The translations under genes were made by a program, and so were the position numbers. A DNA stretch of 64,000 nt from Pecten maximus. Its lineage: Eukaryota. The stretch is from NCBI RefSeq assembly GCF_902652985.1, contig NC_047020.1, positions 40,424,001 to 40,488,000 on the forward strand, in the 5' to 3' direction. Below the pieces are notes generated by a model. That model was given only the letters and a program-made list of their open reading frames with translations, searched no databases and was not told where the DNA came from. Positions 35,440 through 48,400 of this stretch are shown here, piece after piece (the first letter of the stretch is position 1; each line of letters starts with the position of its first letter).

Positions 35440-37169
35440 CTATGGTATCGGGTCACGGAACTGGATATTTCCATCTGTATGATAATTGTCTATGCAATCA
35501 TGCGCGTCCCCTTTCGGACACTTTGAAAATATGTAAATCTTCTTAGTCCCTACTTCTTTAAAATGTTGTCTGTGCTTGAAGATATTTGAATACATGTTAC
35601 GAGCAAATAATGCTGGGTTTCTCATTCCGTTCACTAAACGTCCATTATGTGGAATTCTGGTCAAATTTCGGTGTTTAGACCTTACTTCGTATGATTCCAT
35701 CGTATCACGTGACCAGATATCAATTTGCCAGTGTTTGGAACTAGCACGCAATTGCGCAGGAACGGCTGATGGAGCGCAATTACTTAAATGTTCCACTATA
35801 ACTCGTATTCCTCTGGAACTCAGTCTTCCTCTGGCATTTTTCAATTTCATGAAATCATTACACCAAAAGTTGATATCTGCGTCTATTTCCCATGGGATCA
35901 CATTGTACATTTTCACAGCTCCGAGGACTGTTCCAGCATTCAACTGAAACGATCCATTCATTTTTTCACACATGTCCATTAAACTATAACTTAAATCTGC
36001 CAGTTCCTGAATACAGCACGGTGATCTAATAAATCCTTTCAGTCTTTTGCATGGATACGCGTAATTACATCCAAAATGTATAGTCAGTCCAAAAGAGAAC
36101 TTAATTTGTAAAGATTCCGCTTGCGTCCAAACTTCTCCCAGTCTTTTGTCAATTCACTACGGCGTGGAAAATCCATATCAAACAAGGAGTCAGCACACAG
36201 AGCAACTTCCGTATTAAGTCTCATAAAGAAATCCTCGTATGATCCCATAGGTTTCAAACTAGAATCAAATTTGATTTGTTTTAATATTTTGGTTTTTATC
36301 AGAAATGGTCCGTCCACGTGATCACAAAACACACAGTCGTGCATTGACTCGTCATATCCTTCCTCGTATACCACCGTGTAGTTCCGGAAGACACGCTGAT
36401 GGCAACCTAAACTCCAAACATTATCAGAATTTCTAATAGCCCCGCCTACTGCGTTAACATTTAGACTCTCAATCTCACGCACAAGTCGTTCGATTCGTGC
36501 ATTTGAGTCGAGTTCAGTCACATTTCGTAAAACTAATGTATATTTGGTTTTCACTTCTTCCATTAATATATTCAACGCATCCCCTTCTGTGGTCGTAGAT
36601 GTCATGTGCTTTACACGTACATTACTCTTTTCCTTAACATTCCCGCCGTAGTCACCAACTATCATTGGGATGTTTTCACCATAAGTATCTTTAATAAACT
36701 CTTTGTCTGTTGGTGAGCCATGGTCAAGACGAAGAAATGTCACTATCTCCTCTAGAGGCTTTGCATGGGAGCATTTCCTGATTTTGTAACCATTCATTTT
36801 ATCAACATAATACTCGGGACACATACTACTGGGTTCATAAACTTTCCGTTTTGTGGCGTCTTCAAAGGAGATTCCAAATCCTTTCAGTATTGTGTCCATA
36901 CGCTCACTTGCATATGTTAATGCCCTCTGTGTTTTAGATCCTCTTGCGTGTATCCTTGCCTTTTTGAGATGCATGGCTACATCAAATATCATTCGAGGGA
37001 CGTTTGATACGTTTACTTTTATTGATGAAATGTCGATTGTCTCGGTGCAGATATCAGAATACTGGGGACTTGGTGCAAAGTTTTCTTTGTCCGTACATCG
37101 CATTTGAAAGAAAAGTTGGAGAGCCAGCATACCTCCCAATATAAAACACATCACTAGGTAAACGTTGAC
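35440..37169 (-). CDS. FKRP/LicD-like gene copy C, main coding exon, one apparent frameshift (sequencing error or pseudogene)
   Basis: ORFs 36084-37154 and 35440-35979 align to copy B. There is a 1-bp deletion at 36101-36102 (tt vs ttt). The acceptor ctttcaacag|GTCAAC is at 37169, and all catalytic motifs are retained (PWEIDAD, QIDIW). Confidence 0.85.
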
Positions 37170-37299
37170 CTGTTGAAAGAAACAAAGGAATTATCGATAA
37201 CAATATTTGAAAATAGAGAGGATGTGTATTAACAAATAACAAATTCTGGTAGTTTAAAATGTTCATGAAGTTCATGTATATCAGATATCTCATAAATTA

Positions 37300-38492
37300 A
37301 CCTAGCGGAAAAAAGATACGCAAATTTTGTTTTTCTAATATAACTTTTAAAGATGTTGTCTAAATTCCATTTAGTTTCACACTGAGCTATCTCTGTGCAC
37401 TGTAAAAATGTTCTTCAGTTAAACTGCAGTCGACCGTGACCCCGCTCGACGCTGCATGCTTTTTTACCAGATTTTTCAAGAAAGCGTGCATCCGAGGTAC
37501 ATTTGCACCGTATGCGCTGAAACAGTACAAATCAGTTACATAACTTTATTTTCGATGATTGTACAGCAAAATGTCGTGATTAAGTGAAATCGACAGGGGT
37601 AGGGTCTTATTGCTCTGATAATGAAGGGGCCAGCAATATCATGTACACGAGAAAAGTTCCCGTTTCGTTGGGCGTCACAGAGGTACAGGGAGGCTGGGCG
37701 TCCATCAGAGCAGCGGAAACCCGCGCATAACGTCGCGATGTCAAGACAAAGGCAAAATCTATATTACATCCGTAACCGATTTCAGACGGCGACGGAGACG
37801 ACACGTCAATTTGTCGGCACTCATGGTCGGCCAGGGCCCAGTTGTTCAAAAGGTGATTAGGCTAATCACAGTTTAACACCGTTTTTTTTTCAAATCCTGA
37901 TATAATAATTTCTGGTAGAACTTACTTGACAAAACTTTATGAAATTCTGTAATTCGTAGTTCTCTTCCAACTGGCATAATTTCAAGACGATATACTCACA
38001 GGTTTTTCAACAAATGAGAAATGAAAGTTTCACTAATCAAGTGATTCAGCTAATCAACTGGGCCAAGGTGTCCAAGAATGGTTAAGATTCGGTTGAAGGA
38101 GTTTCATTTAAGGCCACGACATCCCTATATTGGTCCACCACATACGTAGAGGCAACGCCAACGTCGATTGCTTTCACATGCACCTAATCTATTTTGTTTG
38201 GCCCAATTGAGACGCGTGTTATTCGCTGATGAGTCTTGCTTTACAGGTCAGATGGGCCACAGTGTGTCTATAGACGTCGTGGTGAGCAACATTCTGACGC
38301 TTGTGTAACGGAAAGCGACAGATTCGAGGAAGGGTATGTTGTGGTATGGGCAGCGATATCTAAAGGCGTGAAAACATATCTCGTAGAAATCCATGGTAAT
38401 CTTACAGCATTAAGATATCGGGATCAGGTCTTGAGACTACACGTTCTCTTATCCATCAACGTAACCTTACGTTGCAGCGGGACAGCGCGAAG

Positions 38493-38529
<37 letters not shown>

Positions 38530-38969
38530 ATGTTGCTAGGGTTTGTCGTGACTTTCTGGCTCGAAACGTTCCAGTTCTTGATTGGCCACCATACAGTCCA
38601 GATATGTCGTAATCGAGCATTCGGGGGACGGGCTGGACAGGAGGGTTCGGAAGTGCGGCAACTGACATATAACGTCGCTCAACTTAGGCAGGCTCTTATT
38701 CAGGAGTTGAACACCTTGATTGGGCAATGTTAAGGAGTAAGAGCAGCGACTGATGCCAGGGGTGGGCACACGCGATACTGATTTGTACCAGGAAACGGCG
38801 TGGGGTGCTTAAAGATAATCACCTAAAGATGTCTGTGACAATAAAAACCATCAAAATGCAATCAGTAATGATGAAACCATCGAGAAACCCACACCATGAA
38901 CCCATCATCAAAGAATCGTGTAATATAATAACTATCAAAAATAACCTTGCGTTTCTTTTTCTGCTAGTA
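37300..38969 (+). mobile_element. Tc1-family DNA transposon, decayed transposase, in intron 1 of copy C
   Basis: TIRs ctagcggaaaaaagatacgcaa / ttgcgtttctttttctgctag-TA. Translated remnants are RNRFQTATETTRQ, VLFADES, VVVWAAIS, GNLTALRYRDQVL, LDWPPYSPDMS..EH and RGGHTRY. Confidence 0.88.
37834..38064. mobile_element. MITE (GGCCCAGTTG...CAACTGGGCC) nested in the Tc1 transposase
   Basis: Inverted termini interrupt the transposase; a related degenerate copy lies at ~57585-57850. Confidence 0.7.
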
Positions 38970-40756
38970 TATATATCATTTTGGTACATAATTACTGTGT
39001 ATAAGGTATTTTTTTAATTTGGTTGATAAACTTTGCTTCATGGATAAATGATAACTTGATTTGAGATATGGAATATAGGCTTATAGAGCACTTATGGTTG
39101 GAAATCGATCGGTTTCAAATTCAAGTGCTGTAATCTACTTTTCATCATTAACAAGAGATCCAAGAGGAATCACGGCGCCCATCACTGAATGGCCTTTTTT
39201 TCCAATAAGAAATCGTAATACAAAACTTTAACTGACAGTCATTTTACTTCCTAGATCAAACTCAAAATAAAGCTAAAACACAGATCACCATTCTTCTTTT
39301 TTTGTCAAATAGAAATCTTAATACAAAAATAACAATGATAGTCAGTAAGGGTCCCATCACGAGACAAGGGAGCAAAATATACATCATATCCATGTGTCTC
39401 CATATCTTTTGGGCTACGTGTATGTTTCATTTCTTACAACAAGCTTTGGCGACGTCGTCTACAATGCGTTTAGATCCGTTGCTCAGAATATATATATATT
39501 TCTACTATCTAAACAAACTTGGTATATAGTTATATCACATAGTGGACATTTCAACACACCCTTCATTTACGGAATTTCATCCAGAATTTGTTGTCTAACG
39601 GCTCTGGAAATTAGGCATGCTGGGAATCAGGGCTTCAACGTTTTGCTCAATGTCTTTAAAAAGTTTTGATGCTATTTTGTAGATTTAAAAAAAAAATTCA
39701 AATATGTTCTATTTACTCTGGTTTGGAAGATCGAAATTTGCAGTGTTTATTGTTGTGCATTATTTCAATAACCCGATCTTCCAAAACATTTTAAGTGATC
39801 AGAGTTGCAATTTTGAAGGGTATGGAGAGAAAAGTGGTATATCGAGTTTTCTTCTTGATAACTCGGTATTGTAGGCGGTGTAGTTTGAAATCCCCTAAAT
39901 AATGTTTTGATTTTAACATCACTAATTTTGACTTTTATCGTTAGCAAAATTCACTTCATTTTCTTTTTGTTTACATTTTTATTTTGCCGTGGGGCAAGGA
40001 AGTGACACGGCAGATTTCGATCTTCCAAATCGGAGTAAAAAGAACGTAGTCATTGATATGCCATTGAATGTCTTTCCAGAAACCTAATAAGACCTTTGTA
40101 AAACAATAGATTTTCAAATAAGAGTTATAGATTTAATAATAAAAAAAAAAATAGTTCAAAAACCTTGCAAATATTAGATAAGGAATAGAATTTCTATCAT
40201 CGTTTGAGAAATGACATCGAACGTGATGGGTTCAACAATTTTAGGTTAACAGTACTTAACACCATTTTACATATTTATATAGTTACTGAAGGGATTAACA
40301 AATAGTATGACAATCATTTTAGCGGTTTATTAGTAGCATTTGTTACACCAAAATAGCTGTGATTCAGGGTGACGGGATACACCTGTTCAATTGTGTACAA
40401 AACAATGTCAATTGTTTATTCTCGTAAACAGAATACAAACAAATGGATAACAATAATACTTGGTAAAAACGTCAGGGTGGACATCAGTATTGTGAATTAT
40501 CTCATTTATATCAACCAATGAAATATGTTAATTTTGAGTTACGTAATTGAATAATGTACGGAAATCAAATGTATTTACGATTGCACACGGCAGGCCGTTT
40601 ACCTAGAATCTCATTTCCTTCTCAATTAACCAAAACAGCTGTGATTCGGGGACGCGGCACAGACTTGTGTACAAATGAGCATGGCAAGTTGCTACTCGCA
40701 ATGAAGATTCGTTGCGTTTGATAGAATTATAGAATTGCAACTAAAATGTGACTTAC

Positions 40757-40780
40757 CTTCATATTACTGATTAGACACAT
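40757..40780 (-). CDS. Putative coding exon 1 (MCLISNMK) of FKRP-like copy C
   Basis: ATGTGTCTAATCAGTAATATGAAG|gtaagt is a consensus donor, phase 0, in frame with VNVYLVMCFILGG. Confidence 0.65.
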
Positions 40781-40992
40781 TCCGTATCGATCACATTCAA
40801 CATTCACGTGGAAATTACTGACACACCGTTTCCTATTATACTTCTATCAGGTCCATCTACAAGTGTAAGTGACAAATTGTGATAAATTAGTCCCGTTATA
40901 CATTTGGGTCATTCTCATTCATCAGAGTTACCTCCCTTCGTTTCCTATGTCACTCGGTCAGTACGGTGGTATAGCGTAGCTTAGCAGACTCT

Positions 40993-41070
40993 GGGGGGGG
41001 GGGGGGGGGGGGGGGGGGGGAGAGAATGGGTGTGTGTGGGTGTGTGTGGGTGTGTATGTGTGTGTGTAAG
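40993..41070. repeat. G28 homopolymer plus (GT)n-like tract
   Basis: Visible; it explains the poly-Pro/His-Thr ORF 40950-41279. Confidence 0.9.
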
Positions 41071-42291
41071 CTTGTGCGTAGTAAATTATAATAGAAATAC
41101 ACATCAGTGCTGAAAGGTGTTAATGACCATAAAATGTAGATGTCTTGTGTTTGTTGATAATATATGTTTAACTGAATAAAATATAAATTACAAAAAAAAA
41201 AAAAAACATTTGGGTTTCGCATGAAAAACATAGCAAACAATACATAACAAATATAGTATGCGTCTCTGACACAGGACAAACTTTTCTCTCACCCTGGACA
41301 TGGATATCCGCAGTTTTACCGGAGCGAGATAATAAAATCTCACCACAGGGAAAAGACAAGCTACACGTGCTCTTTGAACGTGCTCTTGTTCTCCTTAGGG
41401 TGACGTCACTATGACCTGAACCGGAACTTTTGAATGCTAAATATCAATAGTATTCACAAAAGAAATTAAACTAAGTATTAATTATCAGAGTTAACTGAGT
41501 GCTTGGTGTTATTTTTGACAAGCTAATCGGAACTATATTTTATATGAAATCAACATCGTAAGGTGTAAGGCGTCTGCTACAGCCTTATTCCAACAGCCAT
41601 CCGCCGTCCACGTGTTATTGTTTACATATGTTTGGTTTTGGTTCACACTACGATTTGAAAACAGGGTAAGAGAAAATATAATCATTCACCCATTTTTGGG
41701 ATGAGATAGGGGGGATCTTACCCCATAAAGGGTGAAAGATTCTATTAATTCTATTTTATTTATTTTTTTAAAGTTTTTTTCATGTTCCCAAAAGCAACAG
41801 AATAGGTGAAAAAGATCCAATGGGCCTGTATCGCTCACCTAGTATTTACCCAAGAAATTGGGTTTGTTTTGTAAAATAGAATTCATTGATAGTTGAGTGA
41901 GATGGCTTATATAAGCATTAGCCTGCTACCCAATACCTATTGAACTAATAAATTCTACATTGTGTAAACAATTCTGAAAATAAAACAGATACTAAACCTA
42001 TAATTAATAATTGAGCTAATAAAGTTTGAATTGAAAAAAAAAAATCATATAAAATCTTTGTGAAATGAAATTGATAGTTGATTGTTGTGGATAATACTGT
42101 ATACAGGATAACATACATTAATGACATAATTACATATATACACGTATAATACATAGGAATACAGTTAGGAACATGTTCCATTGAACACACCTATGTCTGT
42201 TGGTCATTAAGAAGAAACTGGTATAATTTTAAATATATCATATTATTTATCAACCTTTATAATTTAATAATTTTTTCACTTGTGTGAAATT

Positions 42292-42458
42292 GAAAATACA
42301 TTAGGGTTATTCAAAATACATTAGGGTTATTCAAAATACATAAGGGTTATTCAAAATACATTAGGGTTATTCAAAATACATGTACATTAGGGTTATTAAA
42401 ATACATTAGGGTTATTAAAAATACATTACGGTTATTAAAAATACATTAGGGTTATTCA
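42292..42458. repeat. 20-bp minisatellite (aaaatacattagggttattc) x8
   Basis: Direct repeats, most containing one TTAGGG. Confidence 0.9.
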
Positions 42459-43559
42459 TTTGAATATCAACACCTTATATTGATATCTCTTCATCCATGC
42501 ATACCGTTTGCCAAATGTCTGTGGCCCTGGATAAAGTGGATATAAGTCAAGGTCATTCATTTGAACAAATCAGGTAGCCTTTCATCCTAGCATGCTACAG
42601 GCCCATTGTAAGGTCAAAGGTCCGCCTAGTTACTGAGAAGTTGTTTGAAGTGTGTACCATACTTAACCCCTGTGTCACCAGAAGGCCTATGGACCTCTTG
42701 GTTCTCGAAAATAAATTGTTTTTAAGATATTAGCACATTTGACCGCTGGGCCTATTGGTTATTGAGAAGAAGTCTTTAATGTAGGTCAAGGTCATTTATT
42801 TGGACAAGCTTCGTAGCGCTTCATCCAAGCATGCTAGAGGCCCAATATCAAGAGACGAAGTCTTTTTTTTTTTAAAATTTTTATGCTGCATTTTTTGTCC
42901 GTGCCAGACATCGGGTCTCAGGGCCTCTCGTTTATTCAGAAATTCTTAGAATGAAAAAGTTGACGACCGGACGAACGACCATAATTGAACCAAATCATTC
43001 ATTCCTACAGAAGAAGGGTTTTGAAGAATTTGTTATATTTTCCCTATTGAGTTTGGTCCCTCTACCCTTGGGGTATGACCCATGATTTATACAAAATTAG
43101 GTCCACCTTCATCCAAGGATGCTCCAGACCACATATGGACCAAAAGCCTTTCAATTATAGTGAAGACAAGTTTAAAATATATTGCTTTATTTCTCAGGCC
43201 ATGGCCGAGGTCACTAGCACTTGGCAAACATGTCCAAGCCACGGTCCATATATCTACTATATGTATAGAGGATATTGAATGGTTTCCCGAAATTCCCCCT
43301 GAACACAATATTGGTATATCCGACATACAAGTTAAATTCTCCCAGTGTAGCTCCCCCGGGGTCCAACCTCCAAGAACCTCACTTCTTGTATGGTATAGTA
43401 TCTTCTATATACAATGCATGTTGTCTAGACCAGATGTCTGCACGTATAACTCCATTATAGACTTGACAATGTATTAACACGAATATGATTTGTGATGTAA
43501 ACACACCTGCTTCTGTCAATGACTCTAGCTGGCGCCCGATGCACCATGCGTGGACTACT

Positions 43560-43760
43560 GATGAGATACCCGATAACACCCATATATCATTACAGTTGGT
43601 GATATCAACGTTAATTTACTATCTCAATCTAGCTGAAATTCGTCATAAAACTTAGCGTTATTTTCTATACATATTTGCATTCTAATATAACCAACCAACC
43701 TACCCGTGTATTCCACACACGTTCTTCGCTGCTTGACCTCGTGCTGGTGAGCAGTGCATG
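43560..43760 (+). mobile_element. CR1/L2-like LINE endonuclease fragment (degenerate)
   Basis: IITVGDINVNLL and NITNQPTRVFHTRSSLLDLVLVS resemble the APE-domain GDFN and PTR..S.LDL motifs. Confidence 0.55.
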
Positions 43761-45402
43761 CTAGTTAGTTTTCCCCGATGTTATGTCGCGACGCTTCTCT
43801 CGTTGAAATGGTGCTTTAAATTAGATCTAAACGCGTGATTTCGTGTTAAATTCAAGCTGACTGTCTAAAAAATTAAATTGCTTATTACCAGAGAATGTCT
43901 TAGTCTTGGATTACACTGTGGCTACCTGTTCATACCTTAGTATATAGGTCTCTGTTATTACTAAACACGTTTTCTGAAAAGCCTCTACATGTGATGTTTT
44001 TTTTTAGTAATAAATATTTGGAGTACAGTTTATTTGGGTGGTCATGTGCATAATGTTGAATTTAACTCTGCATGACTTCGTATGTTAGATTAAACATTAA
44101 ATCTTAAATACTTTAAACATATTTTTTTCAGATACATATCAATACATCTTGTACTTCAATAAAATTTTGTTGCATCGATAACTAACTTTAATCCTATAAA
44201 ATGCAATGGATTCTCAACACGTGTTTGTACACCGGTTTCTTTCCATAGTGAGACCCCATCCCCTCGCACGTTTCCATCCGGGCCTGCCGACAGGAGTGAT
44301 CATATAAAGAGCCGACAACCTATACACTGCCTGCCCCCAAAATGCATAAAATTGTCCACCCGCGGTCAAAAAAAAATCTAATTAACAACAACAAATGAAA
44401 AAAAAAATCCTGATAATAATGTCTTAATAATGATCGTTTTTAGGACCGAAAGTTATAATCCCACCAATGCCCTGCAGTTACAGACGCAAGAAATTGAGCG
44501 TTTGGAACCCCAAAGGAAAAGGCTACACTCCGTCACCCTAGCTGTTGACATACCAGAGTATATAAAAAAGGTAATTGCTACTCCAACAACATAAGTATGC
44601 ATATAACTATTCAACAGTACAATTACATGAGAAGTGATCACCAACATATTGTCAACTTATTCTAAACAACGTGCATCTCAACAGGGACGTCCATTGTATG
44701 CCCATATGGTCTCAATTATTTAACAAAATAATATTCAACTACACGTATTTATTTTTTTCTGTCCCTCCACGCTATTGAGATTGAAAGATATACGTACGTG
44801 TCCATTCCAAAAAAGCTTAATCGGAATTTAATTCGAGAAATTTCATAATACAATTGCTGTAATGTATAAATTAGACTAGCCCTCTCTCTACTCAACTCTA
44901 TCCCGGTCTGGCTAAAATCTTTTTCTTTTCTTTTTTTGATATTTTTTTTTGCTTTTTTTTTTTTTTGTTTACCACAAATTGATATAAGCATTTTATTATC
45001 CAAACTATTAGATCCGACACATTTACCGCAGAGACCAATATAACACACGTCTCTGTACATATCAAATTAATCATCTTTTTTTTATAAATGTCAGGGACTA
45101 AGAATAACTTCTATCTTGCACAAACCGGTTCGTCTGATTTAATGTAATATTTCAGACATAGATCTTGACGGAACTCCAGATGCTAATGCAGGCCTTGGAA
45201 GTCTTTGTCAAAGCTCGTCTAAAAAAATCACCAGGTCCGTCCTTACTTCATAACGAACAACCCTGGTTCAACCAGTCCAACCGTTTGGACCGCGGTCAAC
45301 CGTTTGGACCGCGGTCCGGGCCACAGTCCATGGGGGATTTCCCATTTGTTCCGTGCGTCTATAAATAGATGTGAACATATCGGAAGGAACTCCCAAACAA
45401 AG

Positions 45403-48400
45403 ATGGCCGTTTCGCGGTTGCAGTGTTTTACAGGCACCTTGTATATAATATGGGCTTTGCTGAAGATATATGTCGTCGGCACACTAGTTCTTGTGAGACA
45501 AATTTTGCAGAGACACAAAACTGCAAAAGGTTCGTTTTATTTGCCAATGACGCTTGAAAACAAAACAGTAGACTTACTAAGCACATTTTACATTAACACA
45601 GTAGACATGCAGTAGACACATATCATACTATTTAAAATATTTTTAAATAAGTACTGTGTACAGTGTTTATATAGTAGTATAAAACTAGACATATACAGTA
45701 ACGCTACTGTACAGTATATATATTAGCATTGCTGGCTATTTTTATAATATAAAACTAGACATGTCCACGAGATCAAATCATTAAACTAGACTAGATATAG
45801 GTAGTCTATGCAATTCGGCTTAAAAAGATCATTCATGTTCCTCTAGCTATTTCCTGGTTCGAATCCCAGTCTAGTCTGGGTCATTGCAGTTTTCCGATAT
45901 CGTAACATTTATACATGATGTACATGTTACAGTACAGGAAAAATTGCAATGACCAGACAGGGACTCCAACCAGGGACCTCAAGCCATTCAAGCTACTCGG
46001 CCAGGCCACTGCAACTCACCCCAGTCCAGTTCCTCTACATAGATTAAGTCACCTCAATTATGAATAGCTCAAAGGCTGATGGGGCTTAGCTGTAGTAGGA
46101 TGTATCATACAGAGATTGCTCAACTGGGACTCCCACATCACCAAGATAAGAAACATTTCAAAGCGAACAACCCTGGACTTCATTGCCATTGGGTATCATA
46201 GCCTGTCTGAAAATAAATTATAAATCTGTGAATAAATTTAGCATGTTCATAAATCATAGGTGCGTCAAACATTATAATACTTATGCTACAAGTTGTCAAG
46301 GATTCGAAATTATCTTTTTATAACTAGAAAAAAGGCCAGTTAAATTGCTGTAGATGCATGCTTGTTGAAATTTTGTCTACTCGCAAATTTTTGCTTGTAT
46401 GATTTCCCTGACAATCTGTTCATATATATGTGATACAATAGTTAATTATTAATTCATAATAGTGAAAATATGAATGAAAAATAGCGCATTACCAACATTA
46501 GAATAATGATTTTATGACAAATGTCATCTTTCCGATAAGTGTGTAGTCATGTGATTTCTGTATTTTCTCTACATTACTTTGCATTTAAATTAAACAAAGT
46601 AATTAAATTACACATGAATATAATTTTGCATCTGTGTATGTGTACATGCAAGTTCTATAAGTCATTATGCAATGGGAAGTTACAAGGTGGCTTAATCTTA
46701 TACTTTCAGCAGTCAGGAATTTTGCCTCAATTTATCTCAATTTCTAAAATTATATGAAAACAATTATGTTTAACACTGTTTAATATTCTTTTTCCCCAAA
46801 TAGGTCTACACCTTCACACAGGCAAAGTAGCCATTGTGACCGGAGGCTCCAGTGGTATTGGATTTGAAGTTTCCAAAGGTTTAGTAGCCAAGAACGTCCA
46901 CGTTTTCATAGGTAAGCCGGTTCTGACAGTTTTTGACCATAATTTTATACCTAGATTCTATCCTGGGAGAATAGATATTAGTTAGATCAGCCTTTAAATT
47001 GGATGGAGAAAAAATAATCATACACATGCATACTCATTCATTTTCAAATATAAATTAAAAAAAAAAAAGATTCCCCACCCCTCCCCAAACAATGATTTCT
47101 TTAATTTTAAATAATTTGGCATCGTTCCCACGAATATTTTATTCTTAATTAAGCTATCATAATGAGAAAATTCAGAACAATACAGTATAGAGCTTATCAT
47201 CCCAGGAAACGCTGGTCCAATAAAGGGAGATAACTCTTTGCAGAAATCACTGATACAGTATTTATATTTTCTAACTTATGAAATATCTTTTCCTTTGTTA
47301 TAAATCAATCCAGTTTACCTATCAAAGAGAGACAATAAACAAAACAAAAAAAATGATTTTTTTTTCAGTCTTTATGTGCATTATGAATTTTTTAAAGACA
47401 TGAAATCCCTAAAACCTTGTTATATATTTAATGAATTCAGAATTCAATTCAACTGTTTTATTTGATTCTTATTGATATTTTTGATATATTTTCTAGCAAG
47501 CAAATGTGTCACTGAAGGGAAGATGGCTATTGCAAAGATCCGGGAAGAATTTCCTAATGCTAAAGGTAAATCTTTTTAATTTCTAAAAGAAAAGATTTAC
47601 TTTACTTTAGGCATATGCTTTTAGTTATATAATACACATATAAAGAACTTGGGATAGGAATTTGTATCAAGTTTCTGTGATTTTTAGTACTGATTACAAC
47701 ATAAAGGTACTCCTAAGCTTGACAATATTGGCCCAACGGTCAACCCTAGTAACTATACCATGATGATGATGATGATAATGGATATTTTTATGGTAATTTA
47801 TAAGACCACTCAGGCTTCCATCAGAGCCAACAGGAGTGATTAATATAGATTTATATAACTTCTTTTGCAATTGTTTTAAGATATAGTTTATAATTTTCTT
47901 TACTTCTGTTGAAGGAAATACACAGTAACATTTAGGCCTTTCATCCTATAATCTACAGAATGTTGAATTAATGATACATGTAATTTGAAAATGTGTTCCA
48001 TCAACAGTTTTTCTTAAATTTCAGTGGATTTTCTGGTCCTAGATTTGGCGTCTCTAGAATCTGTTAACAAGTTTGTTGACAATTTCCTAGCTAGAGGACT
48101 CCCGTTACATATTCTGATAAACAATGGTAAGTACAGACCAATCAAAAGATGACAGGATCATTTTCAAAGGCTTGTGAATAACTTCAGCAATATAGATCAT
48201 ATTTCAGATTGTACCTGACTCTCTATGTAAACGTAAATTAAGTACTTTCGACTATTTCTGAGGAAAATTGCAAAACATCATTAACAAGGCGATCAACTGT
48301 CAGAAATATGCTAGATTATCTCCGGCTTGATTTAAACTTAAGATCCGATCAATCATATCTTAAAGACGAAGCTTAATCTTCCATACATGGATGAAAGTGT

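Larger units (their letters stand above)
17106..35545. repeat. Tandem segmental duplication unit B (18,440 bp)
   Basis: Second copy of the unit. It carries extra insertions (solo LTR, palindromic MITE, 263-bp element) and retains L1 sequence deleted in unit A. Confidence 0.95.

Noticed and set aside
38236-38769. Poly-Pro / poly-Gly proteins
   Set aside because: A C37 tract inside a dead Tc1 transposase.
41281-41750. Shared promoter and non-coding first exon for DHRSX (CRE GTGACGTCAC at ~41400, donor-like cagg|gtaaga at ~41665)
   Set aside because: The apparent donor is the inverted-repeat partner of ttttctctcaccctg at ~41282, so the segment looks like a non-autonomous transposon; there is no independent support.
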